64,000 nucleotides of DNA, taken from the IMG/VR virus record IMGVR_UViG_3300036826_000261, positions 1 to 64,000 of that record; one strand, 5' to 3'. Source of the DNA: a virus. The position numbers and the translations under genes were made by a program. Every line of letters begins with the position of its first letter. Position 1 is the stretch's first letter. Below the pieces are notes generated by a model. It was not told where the DNA came from. It ran no database searches and saw only the letters and a list, made by a program, of their open reading frames with translations. Of the stretch, positions 57,094 to 64,000 are shown piece after piece.

Positions 57094-57331
57094 TTTCAAA
57101 ACTCCGTTGTGTGGTTCATCAACACGCCAAGCATAGCAAATCGATTTTCGCCAGATCGTGTAATTTGTTTGTTTGCAAGTGTGATGTACTACACTGTCGG
57201 CAGAAATCAACCGCGAAACAAACTTGTTGACTCGGAAAACGCTGGAGCAAGCGGGCCTGAATCGACCAGTGTGACGCGCGCAAGCATCGGGAGTTGAGCT
57301 GCAACAATTCGTGAAGCGAGGGGGAAATGCC

Positions 57332-57592
57332 ATGAACACACTTGTGGTTTGGTACGTGCTTCTCACCACCGTTCCGGGATCGCTGCTGACCTACGCGCGG
57401 CCGATCGGCCCGTTCACCTACGAGCAGTGCCATCGCATGGGCGAGGTGGTGCGCGACATGAAGTGGTCGGAGATCGCCTCGATCGAGTGCCGCAAGGCCG
57501 TCCGGTTCGAGGTGTGCGAGCTGCCGGACATGCCGCACACCAACTGCTGCTGCCCGATCTTCGAGCGCGGCAAGGGAGACCGATTGCTATGA
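57332..57592 (+). CDS. Small secreted Cys-rich protein
   Basis: Hydrophobic N-terminus; ATGA coupling to the amidase gene. Confidence 0.55.
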   Translation: MNTLVVWYVLLTTVPGSLLTYARPIGPFTYEQCHRMGEVVRDMKWSEIASIECRKAVRFEVCELPDMPHTNCCCPIFERGKGDRLL

Positions 57593-58551
57593 AAATTGTC
57601 ATATCGTCTGGCCATGGCCTCTATGTCCGTGGCGCCAGCGGGATACTCGACGAAGTCGATGAGGCGCGTCAGGTGGTCGAGGCGGTCGCCACGCATCTCG
57701 ACGCGCTCAACGTGGCCGTGACGGTGTTTCACGACGACGTGTCCCGGTCGCAGGATGAAAATCTGGAGCGCATCACCGATTTCCACAACGCGCAGGGCGC
57801 GCACGATCTCGATATCTCGGTGCACTTCAACTGCTACGAACAGACCAGCGAGCCGCGCGGCGTCGAGGTGCTGTTCGTGTCGGATTCCGATCTCGCCGAC
57901 GACTTGTCGAGCGCGATCGCGGCGTGCAGCGGCCTGATCGATCGCGGGCCGAAGCACCGCGACGATCTGTACTTTCTCAACAACACCGAGTCGCCGGCGA
58001 TCCTGATCGAGGTGTGCTTCGTCGATAGCAAGGCCGACGCCGAGATTTATCAGGCCAAGTTCGACGCGATCTGTCGCACCATCGCCGACATCGTGTCCGG
58101 CAACCCGGCGAAGCAGCCGCTGCCGCCGCCGCAGGTGCTGCTGCACGACACCGGGCCGTGCTCGTGGTTCGGCGGCCCCGACGACACCGGGGTCGATGCC
58201 GACGAAGGTCTGGCGTTTCTCTACGACTACGACGACGCGCCGCATCTGTTTCTCGACGAACAGCCGGCCGGCACCAGCGGGCTGGCGCGGCGGCTCGATC
58301 CGAACCGGCCGTACATCGCCTGTCGTTGGGACTACGATGTGACGCCGAAATCCATGCTGGCCGATCCGCGTCAGATCGCGATGGTGCGCGCGGTCAAGAA
58401 CGGCAAGTGCGCGTTCGCGTGGCCGGCGGACTGGGGTCCGCACCAGGACACGGGACGCGTTGCCGATCTATCACCGCGGCTGCTCGATCTGCTCGACATC
58501 GAGACCGACGACGATGTCGAAGTGATCTATCCAGCGAAGCGCAAAGCGTGA
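57589..58551 (+). CDS. N-acetylmuramoyl-L-alanine amidase (Amidase_3) plus DPBB-like domain
   Basis: ISSGHG, DISVHFN and AILIEVCFVDS motifs; C-terminal DWGP..TGRVADLS. Confidence 0.9.
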   Translation: MKIVISSGHGLYVRGASGILDEVDEARQVVEAVATHLDALNVAVTVFHDDVSRSQDENLERITDFHNAQGAHDLDISVHFNCYEQTSEPRGVEVLFVSDSDLADDLSSAIAACSGLIDRGPKHRDDLYFLNNTESPAILIEVCFVDSKADAEIYQAKFDAICRTIADIVSGNPAKQPLPPPQVLLHDTGPCSWFGGPDDTGVDADEGLAFLYDYDDAPHLFLDEQPAGTSGLARRLDPNRPYIACRWDYDVTPKSMLADPRQIAMVRAVKNGKCAFAWPADWGPHQDTGRVADLSPRLLDLLDIETDDDVEVIYPAKRKA

Positions 58552-58555
58552 TGCC

Positions 58556-58798
58556 ATGTTGAGTCTCGCTGTCGTGCTGATCAGTCTGCACGCGCCGAAC
58601 GGTGACAAGATCGATGTCAATCCGGACAGCATCACCAGCATGCGCGACCGCGCGGCGCAGCACGATGCCGACGAGAGCTTGGTGGCCAAGGGCATCGAAT
58701 GCATGATCAATCTGAGCGACGGTAAATATGTTTCGGTGACCGAGCACTGCGACAAGGTGCGTGAACTGATCAAGGCTGCAACGGGAGCGGACAAATGA
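58556..58798 (+). CDS. FlbD-like small protein
   Basis: L...NG..I.VNPD.I and I.LSDG....V.E....V motifs. Confidence 0.6.
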   Translation: MLSLAVVLISLHAPNGDKIDVNPDSITSMRDRAAQHDADESLVAKGIECMINLSDGKYVSVTEHCDKVRELIKAATGADK

Positions 58799-59595
58799 GC
58801 GAACCGATCAATCCGCTGGTCGTCGATCTGTCGCACTGGGATTTGGCGGACGACTATGACGCGGTGAAAGCTGCCGGCATTGTCGGCGTGATTTTCAAGG
58901 CGACCGAAGGCCAGAGTTACACCGACGCTACCTATGTGCAGCAGCAGCAGGCGGCGAAGAAAGCCGGCCTGAAATGGGGCGCCTATCACTTCGCCGACGG
59001 CAGCGACGTCGATGGTCAGGTGGACAACTTCATGAACTTCGCCTGCCCCGATCCCGATGAGCTGTTCTGTCTCGACTGGGAGGACAATCCCGGCGGCAGC
59101 AAGATGTCGCTCGATCAGGTCAAGGATTGGATCACCCAAGTCGAAAACCGGCTGGAACGGCCGGGCGAGTGCGTGCTGTACGGCGGCAACACCATCAAGG
59201 AAGCGCTCGACGAAGCCGATGAGTTTTTATCGCAGCGCCGGCTGTGGCTGTGCCAGTACGGCAGCGATCCGTCGTGGCCGGACACCTGGGACATCTACTG
59301 GCTGTGGCAGTACACCGATGGCGAGTACGGCCCGGCGCCGCACGCGATCGACGGCATCGGTCCGTGCGACATCAATTCCTACAGCGGTCCAACCGAGCAG
59401 TTGATCGCGGAATGGGCGGCAGGCCACGCGCAGCCGGCACCGCCGCCGCGACCGCCGCAGCCGTCGATCGATCAGGTCAACGTCCTGATCGCGGCGCCGG
59501 CCGGCGTGGTGGTCAAGGTGCGGCAATTGCAGCTCGGTCACGGCCTGTCACGCAAGACCTTCAAGGAGCTGCGCCAGCAGGAAGCCAATCCTTAA
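58795..59595 (+). CDS. GH25 lysozyme (endolysin)
   Basis: VDLSHW, KATEG, GAYHF, LDWE and LWQYT motifs. Confidence 0.92.
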   Translation: MSEPINPLVVDLSHWDLADDYDAVKAAGIVGVIFKATEGQSYTDATYVQQQQAAKKAGLKWGAYHFADGSDVDGQVDNFMNFACPDPDELFCLDWEDNPGGSKMSLDQVKDWITQVENRLERPGECVLYGGNTIKEALDEADEFLSQRRLWLCQYGSDPSWPDTWDIYWLWQYTDGEYGPAPHAIDGIGPCDINSYSGPTEQLIAEWAAGHAQPAPPPRPPQPSIDQVNVLIAAPAGVVVKVRQLQLGHGLSRKTFKELRQQEANP

Positions 59596-59635
59596 AACTA
59601 CATGAGCGCCTCGGGGGTACCGGGAGCTGACTGCC

Positions 59636-59950
59636 ATGTACACGCCAGAGCTGGCGCGACGCACCATCGTGGTGCTCGCGATGCTCGTCGTATTGGCCTC
59701 CGGCAGCGTGCGCGGTGATTCGCCTCTGCATCTGATTCACGTGCACGGCCCGGACGGCGAGCAGGAAATCGACGTCAATGTGCAGGAGATTTCCTCGATC
59801 CGACAGCCGCGCGAGAACACCGAACAGCATTTCGCCAAGGGTATGAACTGCATGATCTACATGACCAACGGCAAGTTCATTCCGACATCGGAAACTTGCA
59901 AAGAGATCGTGAAGTTGATCGCCGCACTCGATGCGACGACCGACAAGTAA
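59636..59950 (+). CDS. FlbD-like small protein with signal peptide (paralogue of 58556-58798)
   Basis: IDVN...I.S.R, AKG..CMI....GK and E.C..I motifs shared with 58556-58798. Confidence 0.65.
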   Translation: MYTPELARRTIVVLAMLVVLASGSVRGDSPLHLIHVHGPDGEQEIDVNVQEISSIRQPRENTEQHFAKGMNCMIYMTNGKFIPTSETCKEIVKLIAALDATTDK

Positions 59951-59953
59951 TTC

Positions 59954-60418
59954 ATGGGGGTGCCAGTGGAGCAACTGGAGATCACGTTCGGTGGTCCGCT
60001 GCGCATTGTCGTGGAGCAACCGCAGCCGACCGACATCACAGCCCGGCTGACAATCATCATCAACGGTTTCAAGATCACAGGAGAACGCCTGATGTACACG
60101 CTGCCCGTCGATCATTTCGCGCAAATGGAAGTCTCTTACGTCGATGCCAAGGGCAACCCGGCCGAGATCGACGGCCCGGTGACGTGGCAGTCGTCGGACG
60201 ACACGGTCGTAACGCTCGATGTCGATCAGTCGGATTCCTCGATCGTCAAGGTGACGCCGGTCGGCAAGATCGGACAGGTGCAGATCACCGCGACCGCAGA
60301 CGCCGATCTCGGCGCCGGTGTCAAAACCCTGGTCACGCCATGCGATATCGAAGTTGTCGCCGGAGAGGCAGTTGCCGGCACCATCCAGCCGCTCGGTGAG
60401 CCTCAGCCGATCGGATAA
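59954..60418 (+). CDS. Ig-like domain protein
   Basis: D..GNPA..DG...W.SSD and ADADLG.GV motifs. Confidence 0.7.
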   Translation: MGVPVEQLEITFGGPLRIVVEQPQPTDITARLTIIINGFKITGERLMYTLPVDHFAQMEVSYVDAKGNPAEIDGPVTWQSSDDTVVTLDVDQSDSSIVKVTPVGKIGQVQITATADADLGAGVKTLVTPCDIEVVAGEAVAGTIQPLGEPQPIG

Positions 60419-60443
60419 CTCTGAACCAGCAAAGGAGACTTGA

Positions 60444-61178
60444 ATGGCGACCATGTCGAAAAAGGCAATCATCACCTGGGAGACCGACGACGGCAGCGGG
60501 CCGCCGGTCGGCATCTGGCCGGAGCCGGGCTATCCGGCGCACCCGATTGCGCCGGGCGGACCGCCGCCGGGCGTGTGGCCGGGACCGGGCTATCCGGCGC
60601 ACCCGATCGTGATTCCGCCGGACAAGCCCGGTGAGCCGCCGACCGTGATCTGGCCGGGGCCGGGCTATCCGGCGCATCCGATCGCGCCGGGCGGACCACC
60701 GCCGGGTTATTGGGGTGGCGTGGCGCCGCCGTTGCCGACACATCCGATCGCACCGGGTGGACCGCCGCCGGGCATCTGGCCGGGGCCGGGCGTGCCGACG
60801 CCGCCGATCCATTATCCGCCGATCATCTGGCCGCAGCCGCCGGAGGGCGGACCGCCGATCGCGATCGATCCGGGACATCCCGAACATCCGATCGTAATTC
60901 CGACACCGCCCGGCACGGTGTGGCCGCCGGATGCATCTATCGAGCATCCGATCGTGCTGCCGCTGCCGCCGGAAATCTGGCCGAAGCCGGGGGTGCCGAC
61001 GCATCCGATCGTGATTCCGCCGGAGCAGCCACCGGAGAAGCCGCAACTGATCACGTGGTATGCCGGCTGGTCGGACAAGACCGGTTGGGTCGTGGTCGGC
61101 GTGCCGAACGTGCCGCATCCGACGCCGTCGAAGGCCGGCGGACCGGGCGGACCGGGCGGGCCGAAGAAAGGGCCATGA
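60444..61178 (+). CDS. Proline-rich repeat protein
   Basis: AGGAG RBS; repeated WPGPGYPAHPI and P.HPIV.P units. Confidence 0.8.
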   Translation: MATMSKKAIITWETDDGSGPPVGIWPEPGYPAHPIAPGGPPPGVWPGPGYPAHPIVIPPDKPGEPPTVIWPGPGYPAHPIAPGGPPPGYWGGVAPPLPTHPIAPGGPPPGIWPGPGVPTPPIHYPPIIWPQPPEGGPPIAIDPGHPEHPIVIPTPPGTVWPPDASIEHPIVLPLPPEIWPKPGVPTHPIVIPPEQPPEKPQLITWYAGWSDKTGWVVVGVPNVPHPTPSKAGGPGGPGGPKKGP

Positions 61179-61220
61179 CGTCGCCGTAAACAACCGTTTC
61201 AACCTTCCTCCCTAGACTTG

Positions 61221-61257
61221 AGCCGGGTGGCCCTCCAAGCGCCCGGCTTTCTTTTTT
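61221..61257 (+). terminator. Rho-independent terminator ending the late/lysis operon
   Basis: AGCCGGG...CCCGGCT stem followed by TTCTTTTTT. Confidence 0.85.
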
Positions 61258-61362
61258 GCCTGCACGATGTTTTTGCCGGCGAAAAATTTTCTTGACTTTT
61301 CGCCAAACCCGTCGCTCGCTTCCCGGATTCGTAAAATCAAAATGCTAAAGGGAGAGAAGCAA

Positions 61363-62241
61363 ATGGCGAAAAAGGCACCCGTCAGTGAAATCATCGAAAT
61401 CCAAGCTATCGAAATGGCGTCGCTGGATTTCCATGTGGTCGGCACCAGCCCGTTCATCATGCATCGCTTCAGTCAGAAGGCGTGGCAGGAATTGCTGCTG
61501 CCGTCGATCCGCGAAAACCGCGCTAGTCTCGAACAGAAGCTCAAGCATGATCCGTATGCAGAATTTCGTGGCGCGTTCTATCGCAACAGCAATCCGCGCG
61601 CCAAGACGGCGTACCATATTCCAAACGGCGCGTTTCACGGCGCGATCGCCAGCGCCGCGCTCGACATGCCGGGTGCCAAGAAGGCGCAGATCGAGCGGTT
61701 GACCAAGATCACCAGCGTCAACATCGAACTGTATGGCATCCCGAAAATCTTTTGCAGCATGGTGCGTAACAGCGACATCTCGCGCACGCCAGATGTGCGC
61801 ACCCGGCCGATCTTCCCGCGCTGGGCGTGCACGGTTTCGGTGCGCTACGCGAAGAACGCGTTGACGGCCAAAGCCGTCGCCAATCTGTTCGGCGCGGCGG
61901 GCGAGATCATCGGCATCGGTGATTGGCGCGGTCAGAAGGGCGGACCGTTCGGCGCGTTCCGCACCAACGTGTCGGTGAACGATAAAGAGTTCAAGAGCAT
62001 CTTGAAGGAAGGCCGCGTCGCGCAATTGAAAGCTTACGACAAACCGTTGTTCTACGATGAAGACACGGAAGAAATTTTAACGTGGTTCGCCACCGAGGTG
62101 CGCCGCCGTGAGTTGGAAGGCAAGATGCGCAGCGATAACGTCAAGGAGTTTCGCGTTATCACCGAGCGCGGCAAGGAGCGCGGCAACGGCGAGTTGGTGA
62201 GCCTTGACGACAAGCGGCGGACCCGTCGAAAGGCCGCGTGA
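61363..62241 (+). CDS. Stand-alone RAMP/Cas7-like RNA-binding effector protein
   Basis: First-strand motif VVGTSPFIMH, helix motif IP..AF.GAI..AA, RPIFPRW and C-terminal Gly-rich loop AGEIIGIGDWRGQKGGPFG.F; GGGAG RBS; adjacent to the GGY-NN array. Confidence 0.8.
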   Translation: MAKKAPVSEIIEIQAIEMASLDFHVVGTSPFIMHRFSQKAWQELLLPSIRENRASLEQKLKHDPYAEFRGAFYRNSNPRAKTAYHIPNGAFHGAIASAALDMPGAKKAQIERLTKITSVNIELYGIPKIFCSMVRNSDISRTPDVRTRPIFPRWACTVSVRYAKNALTAKAVANLFGAAGEIIGIGDWRGQKGGPFGAFRTNVSVNDKEFKSILKEGRVAQLKAYDKPLFYDEDTEEILTWFATEVRRRELEGKMRSDNVKEFRVITERGKERGNGELVSLDDKRRTRRKAA

Positions 62242-62735
62242 TGGCGAAAGCCACCAAACACGACCGCATCAAAGCGGCGTTGGAAGCGATCAGGCGCTCG
62301 CATCGCGGGCGCTTGACGGCGCGGGCCGTGGTCGAGGCGGCCAAAAATCCTAGGCACCCGTTGCACAGTGAATTTGAATGGAACAACCAGAAAGCAGCGG
62401 ATCAGCAACGCTTGGAGCGTGCGCGCGAACTAATCAGATACGTCACGGTCGTGGTCGTTGATGCAACGCGTAAAGTCGAAACACGATTTTATGCGCACGA
62501 TCCGCGAACGCCGCATCGTGAAGGCTATGTCAGCATCTTGGAGATGAACCGCCGCGATGCTGAACAAGATGTGGTCAACGCTATCGCGATCTGTCAATCG
62601 ACGATCGATCGCGCGCTCAGCAAAGCGGAATTTCTCAGCGCGAAGCATCGTGGTGTTTCACGATTGTTGAAAAATGCAGTTGCTACCCTTGCCGCCGCGC
62701 ATGATCTGCTCGAAGGCTCGGCGGCAGCGGCGTGA
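62238..62735 (+). CDS. Partner protein of the RAMP-like gene
   Basis: LT...VV.AA.....PLH..FEW....AA...RL..AR.LIR motif; GTGA overlap with the RAMP gene. Confidence 0.8.
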   Translation: MMAKATKHDRIKAALEAIRRSHRGRLTARAVVEAAKNPRHPLHSEFEWNNQKAADQQRLERARELIRYVTVVVVDATRKVETRFYAHDPRTPHREGYVSILEMNRRDAEQDVVNAIAICQSTIDRALSKAEFLSAKHRGVSRLLKNAVATLAAAHDLLEGSAAAA

Positions 62736-62740
62736 AGTCA

Positions 62741-62961
62741 TAGGCATGGCAGGCTAGGCAAGGTGCGGCCCGGCCGGAGTAGGTTCGGTGCGGCAAGGCA
62801 GGCATGGCCCGGGAGACGCGGTGAAGCGTGTCCGTGATCTGGTAGCGTCGGGTAAGGCGGCGTTGGATGGGGTGAGGCGAGGCAGGCTTGGTCAGGTCTG
62901 ACGAGACTGGGCGCGGTAGGTTTTGGCGCGGTACGGCAAGGCGTGATGCGGTAAGGCAGGC
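62741..62961 (+). ncRNA. GGY-NN guide array, block 1 (three units)
   Basis: TAGGCATGGCAGGC leader; GGCA delimiters at 62748, 62797, 62881 and 62955; 5-nt periodicity. Confidence 0.85.
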
Positions 62962-63219
62962 ATGGCCAGAAACACAGCGGATAAGGTTCTCGAAAACAAG
63001 TTGCGGCTGATCGCCAAACGGCGGGGTTTGTTTCTTTCGAAATCCCGTCGTCGCGATCCGTTTGCGCTCGACTTTGGTTATGAGTTGAGAGACGCGCAAC
63101 AGCACGTCATCGAAACAGCGTGCAGTCTTACTCGAATCGAAAACTTGTTAGCTCTCGGTCGGACGGGGCGGAAACGTTTAACAGTCGAAGGATGGCGTCA
63201 CATCATCCTTGGTAAGTAG
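62962..63219 (+). CDS. Small basic protein embedded in the guide array
   Basis: KV.EN.LR..A.R.GL.L.KSRRRDP.A.D.G motif; non-repetitive sequence between the two array blocks. Confidence 0.7.
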   Translation: MARNTADKVLENKLRLIAKRRGLFLSKSRRRDPFALDFGYELRDAQQHVIETACSLTRIENLLALGRTGRKRLTVEGWRHIILGK

Positions 63220-64000
63220 GCATGGCAGGCGTGGCCGGGCCGGGTTGTCCCCGGTGTGGCAGAGCATGGCAGCGCAGGGTTGACATGGCAGGGCAGGCAG
63301 GGTCCGTCGTGGTCGCGCGGGATTGGGCGGGGCAAGGCACGGCACGATGCTGGTCTGGCGAGGCGTGGCAGGCATGGCTGGATCAGGCGTGACGAAGCTT
63401 GGTGTAGCTAGGCCGGGTGCAGTGTAGGCATGGCGAGGCAGGCGCGGCGGGACAAGGTCCGATATGGCGTGGCGCGGTCTGGTTCGGTCTGGCCGGGTTT
63501 GGCAGGCAAGGTGCGTCGAGGCCAAACATGGTGTGACAAGGTACGGCGCGGCCTGATCTGGGCTCGACTGGGCAGGCGCGGTGGGTTCTGGCTCGACATG
63601 GTTAGGCGAGGCCCGGTGATGCCCGGCATGTTGAAGTGCGTCCTGGCAGGCGTGGCGGGGGTGCGTGCGAGGCGGGACCGGGCAAGGTCGGGCACGTTAT
63701 ATGGTCTGGCTGGGCACGGCTTGGCGGGTCACGGCAAGGCACGGCCGGCAAGGTTTGTCCGGAACCGGTTTGGCTTGGCGAGATGCGATTAGGCGAGGCG
63801 AAGCGAGGCCGGCTAAGCGTGACTTGGTCGGGTAGACGTGGCCGGGCACGGTAGCGGCGTGGATCGGCCGGCGACGCTAGGCTTGTCGTCGATCGGCATG
63901 ACATGGCGCGGCACGGCGAGGCGTGGTTCGGCCGGCGCGATTAGGTGTGGTCGGAATCGGCATGGCTCGGTGTCGCGTGGTCTGGCGTGGCTCGGCTGGG
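63217..64000 (+). ncRNA. GGY-NN guide array, block 2 (at least 11 units, truncated by the window end)
   Basis: Leader TAGGCATGGCAGGC; GGCA/GGCC delimiters at 63224, 63292, 63367, 63437, 63501, 63571, 63645, 63743, 63807, 63866 and 63930; many units are exactly 4+5n nt. Confidence 0.9.

Noticed and set aside
62885-62954. Ungapped 12-nt match of the concatenated NN string (reverse complement) to the start of the XRE gene (GCACTTGTGCAA)
   Set aside because: Inconsistent with the skip-one register supported by three other guides and does not extend; treated as coincidence.
63747-63806. Match of this unit to the terminase gene (QFRPWL or SFARKNG)
   Set aside because: Only about half of the positions match; not distinguishable from chance.
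63178-63904. ORFs called across the pentamer array on both strands
   Set aside because: Low-complexity Arg/Gly/Ala/Pro translations that arise from the GGYNN periodicity.
62741-64000. Canonical CRISPR array
   Set aside because: No 25-45 nt identical direct repeats with unique spacers; conservation is at the pentamer level.
1-64000. tRNA/rRNA genes, integrase or att site
   Set aside because: None recognisable in this window by eye.

Overview
This window is a contiguous segment of a GC-rich tailed dsDNA phage or prophage, probably infecting an Alphaproteobacterium (inferred from gene families and promoter style). From left to right it encodes: a PrimPol/P4-type primase-helicase with a likely origin; a NusG-like antiterminator; an HNH endonuclease and terminases; two capsid paralogues, one fused to the prohead protease; multidomain cargo proteins with GNAT, ParB and ADP-ribosyltransferase-like domains; a portal; a Mu-like contractile tail and baseplate; tail fibres; and lysis enzymes. 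The most striking element lies at 61.36-64.0 kb: a stand-alone RAMP/Cas7-like gene, a partner gene, and an array of roughly 49-98 nt units built from GGY-NN pentamers. Two further solo GGY-NN cassettes, each with its own promoter and 3' hairpin, lie antisense at about 31.0 kb and 38.1 kb. I read only the variable NN dinucleotides and skipped every third target base (the codon wobble position). Three units then match genes of this phage with a few mismatches: the RAMP gene, a tail gene and the tape measure gene. Other units decode to tyrosine-integrase and Walker-A motifs. This points to an RNA-guided anti-competitor-phage system with a non-contiguous code. I recall a similar architecture being called VIPR, but I could not verify that here. 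All decoding was done by hand.
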